A DNA stretch of 64,000 nt from an uncultured Acidimicrobiales bacterium (GCA_963735375.1 CAVTKS010000006.1:1178345-1242344); one strand, 5' to 3'; shown: positions 27,927 to 37,989, counted from the stretch's first letter. The notes: generated from the letters alone by a model not told the origin. A program made the numbers and translations.

Positions 27927-28464
27927 CCACCTCGCCCAGGCCATGTTGGGTTGCCGCTGGACCTGGGCGTCCTCAAAAATGCCGGTCCAGGGCGCTTGCG
28001 ATAGTGAGCAGCGCAACGGTGGAGCGCGACGCTTGACGCGCCAGATCTGCCGATCTCGCGCGCCCTAGTTCGGCGTCGGGGATCGGACGAGCAGCAGTAT
28101 CAACTGGCTAAGAATCATGTGCTCGGGGTTCCGGGCAATCGACGACGAGCAGATGGAGATCTGACCCGAGGGCATCGAGGGCCCCAACTTCACACGACAG
28201 GCGCAGTGCCGCGCCCATGTCTGCCGCTCGCGTTCGACGGCGTGCGCCGACCCGCGAGGCTCAGCGGTCACAACGCCGCGTCAGGGTTTGGTACCTGGGC
28301 CGATCTCATACACAGGGTATGAGGGACGCCCTCGACAACCGAAGTGCACCACGCAGATACAGCGGCAGCTGGCCCCTGAGTGACCTCGGGTATATGACGC
28401 AATGTTCGACATTCCCGGTGTTTTTCCTTGTAGGAGGGGGTGCCAGGGGCTAGTCTACGAACGC

Positions 28465-29742
28465 ATGTTCGTGGTGCTGGAGGCGGGGGTGGACGAGGCG
28501 TTGGGGCTTGATCCCGACACGCTCGGCGATGTCGAGCTCACCGCCGCGCTCGACGCCATCCGCCGGGCCGAGGCCCGTCTGGCCGCGGCCCGGGCCCGGC
28601 TGGTCGCCGCCGCGGATGCCCGCCGTACCTTTGCCGCCTCCGGGCACCTCAACGCGGCGTCGTGGCTGGCGGACCGCAACCACAGCCCGATGGGCGACGC
28701 GCACGCCGATGTCCGTCTGGCCCGCCGGCTGCCCGGCATGCCTGTCACCCGGGCCGCGTTCGAGGCGGGCGACATCACAGCCCGCCACGCCCATGTCCTG
28801 GCCGGTCTGGCCGCGCCGGCGACCGCGGGTGCGTTCGCGGAGGCGGAGGAATTCCTGGTGGGGCAGGCCCGCACCATGCGCTGGGCCGATTTCACCCGGG
28901 CCATGGCCTACTGGCGCCGCGAAGCTCGCCCTGACGAGCCCGACAAGAAAGCTCGCTCCGACTGGGAACATCGTGGGTTCGGGCTGCATGACGGCCTGCG
29001 CGGCACCGGCCTGGTCGAGGGCGAGCTGACCGCGGTGGCCAAGGCCACCCTTGCGGGCGCCCTCGGCCCCATCGAGGACGAAATGTTCGCCGCCGATTGG
29101 GCCGCCGCCAAGGCTGTCCACGGGGAGGCGACCACCACCGGGCATCTGGCCCGCACGCCGCGCCAGCGCCGCCACGACGCCCTCGTCGAGCTCGCCGTCC
29201 GCGGCGCCACCGCGCCCGCCGACGGCCGGCGCCCCGCCCCGATCGTCAGCGTGGTGTTGGGCTACGCGGCGTTCAAGGACATCTGCGAACTCGCCGACGG
29301 CACCCTGTTGGCCCCCGGCGAAGCCGCCGCCGTGCTGGCCGATGACGCCCTGCTCGAACGGATCATCTTCAACGGGCCCTCCCGGGTCATCGACGTCGGT
29401 GAAGCCCGATCGTTCCGGGGTGCGGTCCGCCGGGCCATCGAGATCCGCGACCGCCACTGCACCGGCGCCGGCTGCCATGTTCCCGGCCACCGCTGCCAAG
29501 GCGATCACCGCTGGCGACACAGCGACGGCGGCCCCACCATCCAAGCCAACGGTGAGCTGCGCTGCGGCCCCCACAACCGCCAACGCGAGAAACCCCTCCC
29601 CCAACCCATCCCGCCCAAACACCCGCCACTCGAGCTGACCTTCGAGGAACGCGCCGCCCACCTCGAAGCCCTCCGCGCCAAGACGAGCGACCACATCCGC
29701 CACAACCCCCGCTACGGCTACGTCCCCATCAACGACCCCTGA
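28465..29742 (+). CDS. DUF222 / HNH endonuclease (second, divergent copy)
   Basis: Contains DAIRRAEARLAAARARLVAAADAR...AASWLADR (DUF222) and the HNH region RDRHCTGAGCHVPGHRCQGDHRWRHSDGGPTIQANGELRCGPHNR. An alternative start is ATG 28402. Confidence 0.85.
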   Translation: MFVVLEAGVDEALGLDPDTLGDVELTAALDAIRRAEARLAAARARLVAAADARRTFAASGHLNAASWLADRNHSPMGDAHADVRLARRLPGMPVTRAAFEAGDITARHAHVLAGLAAPATAGAFAEAEEFLVGQARTMRWADFTRAMAYWRREARPDEPDKKARSDWEHRGFGLHDGLRGTGLVEGELTAVAKATLAGALGPIEDEMFAADWAAAKAVHGEATTTGHLARTPRQRRHDALVELAVRGATAPADGRRPAPIVSVVLGYAAFKDICELADGTLLAPGEAAAVLADDALLERIIFNGPSRVIDVGEARSFRGAVRRAIEIRDRHCTGAGCHVPGHRCQGDHRWRHSDGGPTIQANGELRCGPHNRQREKPLPQPIPPKHPPLELTFEERAAHLEALRAKTSDHIRHNPRYGYVPINDP

Positions 29743-29781
29743 CCGCTGGGCGGGAGGTCTGGTTGCGGCATCATCGGTCCG

Positions 29782-30036
29782 TCACGCGGCTCTGAGTGGT
29801 GGGGACTCCCAGGCGTCGATGACGTTGGGCCGGGGGACGAAGACGTCGATGCCGCTGGCATAGATCCACACGGTCGGGGTGCGGCCCCGGCCGGCGGACA
29901 CCAGCGTCACGTCGTCGAGGCGCGATCCGTCCGCGAGGGAGAGGCTCACCTCGTGGCCCTCGAGGGCACGCAGGCCGGGGCCGAACGTCGTGGCGTCGGA
30001 CGGGCTGGTCGTTGCGTTCCTGGTGTCGTGCTGCAT
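29782..30036 (-). CDS. Small hypothetical protein (84 aa)
   Basis: Strong SD (GGAGGA 6 nt before ATG 30036). The beta-rich core is LEGHEVSLSLADGSRLDDVTLVSAG...TVWIYASGIDVFVPRPNVIDAWE. No family recognised with confidence. Confidence 0.5.
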   Translation of the reverse strand: MQHDTRNATTSPSDATTFGPGLRALEGHEVSLSLADGSRLDDVTLVSAGRGRTPTVWIYASGIDVFVPRPNVIDAWESPPLRAA

Positions 30037-30228
30037 GTCGATCCTCCGCTCGTGTGCTCTGCCCTCTATGACCGTGGGCCGCGCCGAGACTCATCGACGG
30101 CAGGATGCGCCATGTCGCCTGACCGCAGCCTGTCTGTTGGTCATGTCGGGTCTGTGCCGGCCGTGTGGTCGACGATGTGATCTATTCGACACGTCGCACG
30201 GCCCCGGATGCAGCGGCGAGCGAGCGGG

Positions 30229-31574
30229 TCAGGTCGCGAGATCGGCGGGCTGGCCGGACTCGGACCCCTGCGCCAGCCAGTCGAGGGCGACCGCGGCGGT
30301 CCACGACTGGGCGGACGAGCCGAGCGGCTCGCCGGTCAGCGGTTGCGCGTACTCGCTGCACCCGCTCTCCCGCAGTTGGGCGATGGCGGCTCGACGCAGC
30401 GCATCGGCCCGGTCGTGGCACCCGTCGCGGTCGAGCGCCCACCACAGCAGCCACGTGATCACCGGCCACGTCGGGCCGCGCCAGTACGAGCAGGGATCGA
30501 ACGCCGGGTCGTCCACGGCCGTCGTCGGTGGGACGGCCCAGCGCAGGCCGTCGGCACCGGCGTATGAGGGCCCGGCGAGGCGGGTGGCCAGTGCGGCGCG
30601 GCGGTCGGCGTCGCAGCCGGCCACCAGCGGGGCGAACCCGGCGATGGTGTCGGCGGTGACCCACTGGTCGGCCACCAGGTCGCGGTCGAGACAGGCGCAG
30701 CGGGCAGGGTCCCAGCAGGCGTCGAGGCCGCGGCGACTCAGCTCGGCGTCGGCGCGGTGCCCGTCTGCCGCCCCGGCGTGCCCGGCGATGGTCGCCAGGT
30801 CGGCGAGCGTGTCGTCGGCCGCGGCGAGGATGGCGGTGAACAACACGTCCGCCATGCGGAACGGGTGACGTCGATGCGACGCGACGGGTCGTAACCCACG
30901 TCGACGAGCTCACGGACCAGCGTGTGGTAGCGGCGGTACTCGTCGTCGGACGGGCGCTCGGACGCGTCGCCGACGTGCACGAGGTCGGGGCGGACGCCGG
31001 CCGTCTGCTCATTGATGGCGACGGCGGCCAGGGCGTCGTCCCACCGTGGCGAGTTGTCGAGCCCGCTCTCCCACGGGTGGAACACCGTGACGAGCCCTGT
31101 GCCCTCGGGGTCGCGGGCGGTGTGGAGCCACCGGTGCCAGGCCGCCAGCCGGGGGTACAGGTCGACGATCGCCCGGTCGACGGTCGCCACCGTGTCGTCG
31201 TGGCGGCGGGCTGCGATCGAGCGGATGCGCGCCAAGGCGATGGCGTGCACCGGTGGCTGGCAGATGCCGCTCGTGGCCACCCGGGGTGGGCACAGACCCG
31301 CTGTCCCCCAGGTGGTGTGGCGGGGCTCGTAGGCGCCCAGCGCCACCGAGCTGTCGAACACGATCTGGGGGACCATGCCGGTGGACCACTGTCCGCGGAA
31401 CAGCGAGCGCAGCTCGGTCACGGCCCGGTCGGGTGCGAAGTGGGCCCACCCGATGGCGACAAAGGCGGCGTCCCAGCTCCACTGGTGCGGGTACAGCCGG
31501 GGAGACGGGCGGGTCCAGGTGCCCCGGTCGTTGGTCCGCAGGACGCCGATCGCCTCGGCCGCCAGCTCGTCCAC
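30229..31574 (-). pseudogene. GH63-type (MGH1-like glucosyl/mannosylglycerate hydrolase) glycoside hydrolase, split by an apparent -1 frameshift near 30863-30868
   Basis: The N-part (ORF 30738..31574) contains YPHQWSWDAAFVAIGW...VFHPWESGLDNSPRWD. The C-part (ORF 30229..30855) contains HPFRMADVLFTAIL...YWRGPTWPVITWLLWWAL...EYAQPLTGEPLGSSAQSWTAAV. One extra G in the GGG run at 30863-30865 would restore ...IDVTPFRMADV. Confidence 0.75.
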
Positions 31575-31708
31575 CGCCGAATCGTACAGTCGTCAGGCCA
31601 CGCGGTCGGTCCGGCGCTGGCCGTCCCACCAGCGCAAGCGGCCGGCGGCGTGCGGGTCCTTGTACGCCTCCACCGGCGCAGGTTACGGCACGACCGCGTG
31701 GTGCACGG

Positions 31709-32164
31709 TCAGCCCAGCCACGCGCCGTCCCGCATCACGACCCGACCCTCGAGCTCGTTCTCCTCGCGCCAGGATCGGATGCGCGTCGGCGTGACGACCA
31801 GCCACGTGTTGGCCGCGTTGGGCCGCGGGTCCCAGCCGGCGTGAGTCGTGTAGGCGTGGCCCACGGCCGGGTCGATCCCGCCGGCGGGGAGGAACGCGAC
31901 CTCGCCGTCGATCAACACCACATCCCGCAGGCCGTCGAGGGCCAGGCGGACCGGGCCCCCTCGGCGCAGGTTGCGGGCAGTCACGCTCCGCTCGGACGTG
32001 GCCATGACGATGCGTTCGTCGTGCCACAGGAACGAGAGAGGGATCAGGTAGGGGTCGCCATCGGCCGACGCGGTGGCCACCCACAGGTCGATGTCGGTGG
32101 TCAGTCGGCCGAGGAGGTCGCGCACCCGCTCGGCGGTCGAGCGGGGTGGGTCGACGGCGGGCAC
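31709..32164 (-). CDS. Pyridoxamine 5'-phosphate oxidase (PPOX)-family protein
   Basis: 151 aa: RVRDLLGRLTTDIDLWVATASADGDPYLIPLSFLWHDERIVMATSERSVTARNL, a split-barrel FMN/F420-binding type. Confidence 0.8.
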   Translation of the reverse strand: MPAVDPPRSTAERVRDLLGRLTTDIDLWVATASADGDPYLIPLSFLWHDERIVMATSERSVTARNLRRGGPVRLALDGLRDVVLIDGEVAFLPAGGIDPAVGHAYTTHAGWDPRPNAANTWLVVTPTRIRSWREENELEGRVVMRDGAWLG

Positions 32165-32177
32165 GGCAGGGCCCGGA

Positions 32178-35100
32178 TCAGCGGGCGACGAAGTACTTGG
32201 CCTGCGGGTGGTGGCAGATGAGCGCCGAGGTGGTCTGCTCGGGCTGGTACTGGAAGCCGGTGTCCTCGTTGCACTCGAGGCCGATGCGCTCGCCCTCGAG
32301 CAGGTCGAGCACCGTCATGTTGTCCTCGAGGTCGGGGCAGGCCGGGTAGCCCCACGAGTAGCGCCCGCCCCGGTACTGCTGGCGGAACAGGCCGGCCAGC
32401 GAGGGGCCGTCCTCGTGGGCGAAGCCCCACTCTTCCCGCATCCGCCGGTGCCAGTACTCGGCCAGCGCCTCGGCCATCTCGACGCCCACGCCGTGGAGCA
32501 GGAGGTACTCCTGGTAGCGGTCGTCGGCGAACAGCTTGGCCGTGCGCTCCGAGATCGCCGGGCCCATGGTCACGATGGAGAACGCCGCGTAGTCGACGAC
32601 GTCACCGTCGGCGGGCCGGTAGAAGTCCGCGATGCAGTAGAACGGCGCCTTGGTCTGTCGGGGGTAGCTGAACCGGGCCCGCTCGGCCGAGCGCGTCTCG
32701 TCGGTCCAGATCACCAGGTCGTTGCCGTCGCCGTTGGCGGGGAAGTAGCCGTAGACGAGCTGGGGGATGAGCAGGCCGTCGGCCTTGGCCTTGGCCAGCT
32801 CGTCGCGCAGCGTCGGACGGATGCGGGTCTTGAACTCGTCGTCGTTCTCGGTCGTCCCGTCGGCGTTGGCCTGGGGCCGGAACTGCCACTGGTTACGGAA
32901 CAGCGCGGTCTCGTTGATATAGCCGGCGATCTCGTCGATGGGCAGTCCCTTGACGACCCGCGAGCCCAGGAACGGCGGGACGAACACGTCGTTGTCGGTG
33001 ACCACGTCGGGCGAGCGGGCCGGCAGGTCGGGCGGCGGCCCGTCGCCCTTCTCGGCCAGCCCGAGCGAGGCACGGGACGGCACCCGCGACTCGGACGGCA
33101 CCCGGCCCCAGTCGGGGTCGTCGGCCTCGGCGCCCCGCTTGATGGCGCCCAGCTTGTCCATGACGTGCAGGCCCTCGAAGGCGTCCTTGCCGTAGAACAG
33201 CCGGCCGTCGTAGAGGTCGCGCAGGTCGCGCTCGACGTAGCTGCGGGTCAGCGCCGCGCCGCCGAGCAGCACCGGGATGTCGGCCAGCTCGCGGGTGTTC
33301 AGCTCCTCGAGGTTGTCGCGCATGATCAGCGTCGACTTCACGAGCAGGCCGGACATGCCGATGGCGTCGGCCTTGACCTCCTGCGCCTTCTCGATCATGT
33401 CGGCGATGCCGATCTTGATGCCGAGGTTGTGCACCTCGTAGCCGTTGTTGGTGAGGATGATGTCGACCAGGTTCTTGCCGATGTCGTGCACGTCGCCCTT
33501 GACGGTGGCGAGCACGATGCGGCCCTTGCCCGAGTCGCCCTCGACCTTTTCCATGTGCGGCTCGAGGTGGGCGACCGACGCCTTCATCGTCTGGGCCGAC
33601 TGCAGCACGAACGGCAGCTGCATCTGGCCCGAGCCGAACAGCTCGCCGACGACCTTCATGCCGGCCAGCAGGATGTCGTTGATGATGCTCAGCGGGGCGA
33701 TGCCCTGCGCCATCGCCTCGTCGAGATCGGCGGTCAGGCCCTCGCGGTCGCCGTCGATGATGCGGGCCTTGAGGCGCTTGTCGACGGGCCAGCCGCTGTG
33801 GTCTTCCTTCTCCTGCTTGGCCACCGTGACATCGGCGAACACGTCGAGCAGCTTGGCGAGGGGGTCGTACCCCGCGGCCTCGTCGCGGCGGTCGTAGATG
33901 AGGTCGAGGCAGACCTCGACCTGCTCTTCCGGGATCTTGTTGAGCGGCATGATCCGCGCCGCATGCACGATCGCCGAGTCGAGTCCGGCTTGCACGCACT
34001 CGTGCAGGAAGACCGAGTTGAGCACGTGGCGGGCGGCCGGGTTGAGGCCGAAGCTGACGTTCGACAGGCCCAGCACCGTGTGCACGCCCGGCAGCTCGGC
34101 CTTGATGCGCCGGATCGCCTCGATGGTGTTCATGGCGTCGTGCCGCAGGTCGTCGTCGCCCGTCGACAGCGGGAACGTCAGGGCGTCGAAGATGAGGTCG
34201 CCGGGGTCGAGCCCGTAGCGCTGGGTGGCCAGGTCGTGGATGCGGTGGGCGACGCGCATCTTCCATTCGACGTCGCGGGCCTGGCCCTCTTCGTCGATGA
34301 GCAGCACGATGACCGCTGCGCCGTACTCGCGGGCCAGCGAGCACACGCGGTCGAAGCGGCTGCCGGGGGCCTCGCCGTCCTCCAGGTTGGCCGAGTTGAG
34401 GATGGCCTTGCCGCCCAGGCGCTGCAGGCCGGCCTCGATGACCGGGGGCTCGGTCGAGTCGAGCACCAGCGGCACGGTGACCTGGGTGGCGTAGCGCGAG
34501 ACGAGCTCGTCCATGTCCTGCGTGCCGTCGCGGCCGACGTAGTCGACGCAGACGTCGAGCACGTGGGCGCCCTCGCGCTCCTGGTCGCGGGCCATCTTCA
34601 CGCAGGCGTCCCAGTCGCCGGAGAGCATGGTCTCGCGGAACTTCCTCGACCCGTTGGCGTTGGTGCGCTCGCCGATGATGAGGAAGCTGGCGTCCTGGTG
34701 GAACGGCACCGCGTTGAACATCGAGGCGGCGCCGGGCTCCGGCCGGGGGTCGCGGCGTGCGGGCGTCAGGTCCTTGGCGACCGCCGCGAGCTGGCGCAGG
34801 TGCTCGGGCGTCGAGCCGCAGCAGCCGCCCACGACCTGCACGCCCAGCTCGGTGACGAACCGGGTCTGGTACTCGACGAACTCGGCCGGCTGGAGGTCGT
34901 AGTGCATCTTGCCGTCGACGACCGACGGCAGGCCCATGTTGGGCAGGCACGAGAGAGGCATCGTGGCGTTGGCCGACAGGTGCCGCAGGTGCTCGTGCAT
35001 CTCGGACGGGCCGGTGGCGCAGTTGAGGCCGAAGATGTCGGGCTTGAGCGCCGCCAGCGAGGCGAGCGCGGCGCCGATCTCGGAGCCGAGCAGCATGGTG

Positions 35101-35675
35101 CCCGTCTGCTCCATCGTGACCTGCAGTTGGATCGGCACGGTGGTGCCCAGCGCGGCCATGGCCCGCCGGGCGCCGATGACCGCCGCCTTGGCGGCCAGCA
35201 GGTCGAAGTGCGTCTCGGTGATGAGCAGGTCGACCCCGCCCTCGATGAGGGCGCGAGCCATGACCTCGTAGGCGTCGCGCAGCTCGACGAAGCCGATCTG
35301 TCCCAGCGACGGCGACTTGGTGCCCGGGCCCATCGACCCGGCGACGAACCCGCCGTAACCGTCGGCCACCTCGCGGGCGACCCGCGCCGAGGCCAGGCTG
35401 ATCTCGTGTGCCCGCTCGGGGATGTCGTACTCGCCGAGGGGCACGGCGAAGGCACCGAAGCTGTTGGTCTCGACCACGTCGGACCCCGCGCGGAAGAAGG
35501 ACTCGTGCAGCTCCGCGATGACGTCGGGCCGAGTGACCGACAGGATGTCGGTGCAGCCCTCGAGCTCCGGCCCGCCGAAATCATCGGCGGTGAGACCGAG
35601 CTCCTGGAGGTTGGTGCCGGTCGCGCCGTCGTAGACGACGACGCGCTCGTTGACGAGGTCGAGGAAGCGGCTCAT
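32178..35675 (-). CDS. metH: Cobalamin-dependent methionine synthase
   Basis: 1165 aa. Domains in order: Hcy-binding N-domain (VVYDGATGTNLQ...), pterin-binding domain, B12-binding DxHxxG (GDVHDIGKNLVDIIL), and AdoMet-activation C-domain ending CHHPQAKYF. Confidence 0.95.
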   Translation of the reverse strand: MSRFLDLVNERVVVYDGATGTNLQELGLTADDFGGPELEGCTDILSVTRPDVIAELHESFFRAGSDVVETNSFGAFAVPLGEYDIPERAHEISLASARVAREVADGYGGFVAGSMGPGTKSPSLGQIGFVELRDAYEVMARALIEGGVDLLITETHFDLLAAKAAVIGARRAMAALGTTVPIQLQVTMEQTGTMLLGSEIGAALASLAALKPDIFGLNCATGPSEMHEHLRHLSANATMPLSCLPNMGLPSVVDGKMHYDLQPAEFVEYQTRFVTELGVQVVGGCCGSTPEHLRQLAAVAKDLTPARRDPRPEPGAASMFNAVPFHQDASFLIIGERTNANGSRKFRETMLSGDWDACVKMARDQEREGAHVLDVCVDYVGRDGTQDMDELVSRYATQVTVPLVLDSTEPPVIEAGLQRLGGKAILNSANLEDGEAPGSRFDRVCSLAREYGAAVIVLLIDEEGQARDVEWKMRVAHRIHDLATQRYGLDPGDLIFDALTFPLSTGDDDLRHDAMNTIEAIRRIKAELPGVHTVLGLSNVSFGLNPAARHVLNSVFLHECVQAGLDSAIVHAARIMPLNKIPEEQVEVCLDLIYDRRDEAAGYDPLAKLLDVFADVTVAKQEKEDHSGWPVDKRLKARIIDGDREGLTADLDEAMAQGIAPLSIINDILLAGMKVVGELFGSGQMQLPFVLQSAQTMKASVAHLEPHMEKVEGDSGKGRIVLATVKGDVHDIGKNLVDIILTNNGYEVHNLGIKIGIADMIEKAQEVKADAIGMSGLLVKSTLIMRDNLEELNTRELADIPVLLGGAALTRSYVERDLRDLYDGRLFYGKDAFEGLHVMDKLGAIKRGAEADDPDWGRVPSESRVPSRASLGLAEKGDGPPPDLPARSPDVVTDNDVFVPPFLGSRVVKGLPIDEIAGYINETALFRNQWQFRPQANADGTTENDDEFKTRIRPTLRDELAKAKADGLLIPQLVYGYFPANGDGNDLVIWTDETRSAERARFSYPRQTKAPFYCIADFYRPADGDVVDYAAFSIVTMGPAISERTAKLFADDRYQEYLLLHGVGVEMAEALAEYWHRRMREEWGFAHEDGPSLAGLFRQQYRGGRYSWGYPACPDLEDNMTVLDLLEGERIGLECNEDTGFQYQPEQTTSALICHHPQAKYFVAR

Positions 35676-35734
35676 AGGTGAACCGCCAATCTACCGACCC
35701 GGGGCAACCGGAGCCGATTGCATTGCCGGTGGCG

Positions 35735-37597
35735 TCAGGGCGCCACCGGCGTTTCGATCGTCACGATGCCGTTGTCGCCTGCCGTGTCGGGCACGTCGCT
35801 GCTGACGACGCCGACCATGCGGAGGGTCGAGGTCTCCGTCGTCGTGACCTCGACAGTGATCGTCGCCTCGGCACCGGCCCCCGGCTCCAGCCTGCCGAAC
35901 CCACACACCACCAGCGGCGCCCCCCCGTCGGGGCTGTCGCAGTTGCCCTGGGGCGACGTGGCGGTGGCGAGTCGGACACCCTCGGGCAGCAGCACGGCCA
36001 GACGCGCCGACGGAGCGTCGTCCGGGCCGTCGTTGGTCACCGTGGCCTGATAGGTGAGGCGATCGCCCAGCCCGACGGTGTCAGCGCTCGCCTCGACGCC
36101 CAGATGCAGGTCGGCATGGTCGTGGTAACGGGCGAGGTAGATGTCGCGCTCGCCATTGGCATCCGGCGGGCCGAGATCGTCGGCCTCGCTGAGGAAGGCC
36201 ACCAAGGACCCGTTGCTCGACACCTTCGGGAGGTTGGAGAGACCGTTCCCACCGTCGGTCCGATCAGCGTTGGCGGATACCAAGGTCGTGCGTCCGGCGT
36301 CCAGATCGCGGATGTAGACATCGCCGTCGCTACCTGCGTCCGCAGGGCCGAGATTCGACGCAAGGCCGCCGAAGATGATCGTGTCGTCGTCGATGAACCG
36401 CGGTGAGCCCGAGAAGCTGTTTCCGCTGTCCGTGCCCTCGGCGTTGACCGACACGAGGGTCGTCTCGCCGGTCGCCAGCTCTCGCGCGTAGACGTCCCAA
36501 AGACCGTTCGTGTCGGTGACGCCGAACGAGTGGGCCGTTGTCATGAACGCGATCATCGAGCCGCTGGGGCTGACCGTTGCTCCACCCAAGCCGCCACCAG
36601 CCGCCTGGCCGTTGGCATCGGTCGAAAGCAGGGTCACCTCGCCTGTGACCAGGTCACGGCGATAGATGTCTGTCGAGCCGTTACCGTCGGTCGGGCCGAG
36701 GTCACCGGCCGTCGACGCGAACACGATCGCCTGACCGTCCGGGGTGTACGTGGGCGAGCTCGACTGGCCGCCTGCAGTGTCGGTCGCCCCGGCATTGGCC
36801 GAGATCAGGCTGATCCCGCCGGTGGCGAGGTCATACCTGAAGACGTCGGTCAGTCCGTTCGTGTCGACCGGCCCGAGATCGCCCACCTCGCTCGTGAGCA
36901 GCAACGACGTGCCGTCGGCGTTGAAACCCGCATACTCCGAACCCAGGTCGGTGCAGCCGGTGCCGCCGCCGTGTCGGGTCACCCGGGTGTCGACACCCGT
37001 CGCGAGGTCATGGACGTAGATCTCGTTGCCATTCGAGAAGTCCATGTCCCAGTACTGCCGCGAGTAGACAAGCTTCGATCCGTCCGGGCTGAAGGCCGGC
37101 CCACCAGAGTGTGCGGCCCCGCAGTTCGAGGGCCCGGGCGTCACGAGGTGGATCTGACCCGATGCCAGATCCGCGATGTACAGGTCGCTCTCCCAATCCT
37201 GATCGATCGGATCGAGGTCCGTGGCCGAGCTCGTGAAGGCGAGCCTGGTGCCGTCCGGACTGAACACCGCGCCGACGGCGCCGCTGTCGCCGCTGTCCGT
37301 AGCATTTGCGTTCCTCGTCACGAGCGTGGTCGTGCCGGTCGTAAGGTCGCGGAGGTAGATGTCCGGGCTCTCGTTGGTGTCGGTGGGACCGAGGTTCGAC
37401 GCACTGGTCTCGAACGCGATCTTGGTCCCATCTGGGCTGATCTCGAACGACCCGGCGGGGGCGTTGCCGGCGCCATCGCCGGTGGCGTCGACGGTGACGA
37501 GCTCAGTGTTCCACCCAGCCGGAGGGGGTTCGCAGCCCGTTAGCGCCGTTGCGCAAAGTAGTGAGCCGGCCGCGAGAGCCACGACATGTGATCGCAC
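35735..37597 (-). CDS. Lipoprotein with TolB/PD40-like beta-propeller repeats and a C-terminal DUF11-like domain
   Basis: Lipobox ATALTGC. Repeated motifs SPDGTKIAF / SPDGTRLAF / SPDGSKLVY ... DIYLRDL / DLYIADL / DVFRYDL. The C-terminus is TYQATVTNDGPDDAPSARLAVLLPEGV. Confidence 0.7.
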   Translation of the reverse strand: MRSHVVALAAGSLLCATALTGCEPPPAGWNTELVTVDATGDGAGNAPAGSFEISPDGTKIAFETSASNLGPTDTNESPDIYLRDLTTGTTTLVTRNANATDSGDSGAVGAVFSPDGTRLAFTSSATDLDPIDQDWESDLYIADLASGQIHLVTPGPSNCGAAHSGGPAFSPDGSKLVYSRQYWDMDFSNGNEIYVHDLATGVDTRVTRHGGGTGCTDLGSEYAGFNADGTSLLLTSEVGDLGPVDTNGLTDVFRYDLATGGISLISANAGATDTAGGQSSSPTYTPDGQAIVFASTAGDLGPTDGNGSTDIYRRDLVTGEVTLLSTDANGQAAGGGLGGATVSPSGSMIAFMTTAHSFGVTDTNGLWDVYARELATGETTLVSVNAEGTDSGNSFSGSPRFIDDDTIIFGGLASNLGPADAGSDGDVYIRDLDAGRTTLVSANADRTDGGNGLSNLPKVSSNGSLVAFLSEADDLGPPDANGERDIYLARYHDHADLHLGVEASADTVGLGDRLTYQATVTNDGPDDAPSARLAVLLPEGVRLATATSPQGNCDSPDGGAPLVVCGFGRLEPGAGAEATITVEVTTTETSTLRMVGVVSSDVPDTAGDNGIVTIETPVAP

Positions 37598-37655
37598 CCT
37601 GTCCCCCCAGATGGTCCGCCACGTCCTCGCCGCTCGTTGACGTGTGCTGCGGAGG

Positions 37656-37829
37656 CTACTCGCCGTTGCGCCGAGGCCAGCATGCGCAGGTCGGCGCGCA
37701 GTCGCCGAAGTGGTGCTGCACGGCGCCCGTGTTGCTCTGCCCCGCGGACCGGTTGATCTCGCGCAGCGAGACGCCGTCGATGCCCTGCGCGGCGAAGAGC
37801 CGTTCGGCGGCGCGGATGATCTCGTTCAC
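37656..37829 (-). pseudogene. TetR-family regulator, HTH-only stub (57 codons)
   Basis: GTG 37829: VNEIIRAAERLFAAQGIDGVSLREINRSAGQSNTGAVQHHFGD, then unrelated residues and a stop. Only about 230 nt exist before the next gene, so the ligand-binding domain is deleted. An upstream ATG (37850) is out of frame. Confidence 0.6.
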
Positions 37830-37989
37830 GCGTGTCGTTCTGGACGCTCATGGTCATGCCCGCTCGCCGAGACGAGTGCTTGTCGCACCCGGCCATGCGT
37901 GCCGAGACTATGACAGCCCACGGTGCAATGCTCACCGTGTCGAGCGACGCCGGTGAATGCGGCCCGTGCGGGCGGGGTAGCGGAGCGCC

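Noticed and set aside
32073-35681. 1202-aa ORF antisense to metH
   Set aside because: MetH on the minus strand is unambiguous along its full length. The plus-strand translation is low-complexity (V/G/D/R/H/A) with no recognisable domain.
35676-35734. Cobalamin riboswitch upstream of metH
   Set aside because: Only 59 nt are available, and no B12-box-like sequence was seen. MetH is not normally B12-riboswitch controlled.
35724-35749. Perfect 10-bp stem hairpin (GCCGGTGGCG-tcaggg-CGCCACCGGC) between the lipoprotein gene stop and the metH start, considered as an intrinsic terminator
   Set aside because: The stop codon sits in the loop and the downstream sequence on the minus strand (AAUGCAAUCGG) is not U-rich. 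It may still pause or attenuate transcription, but it is not a canonical terminator.
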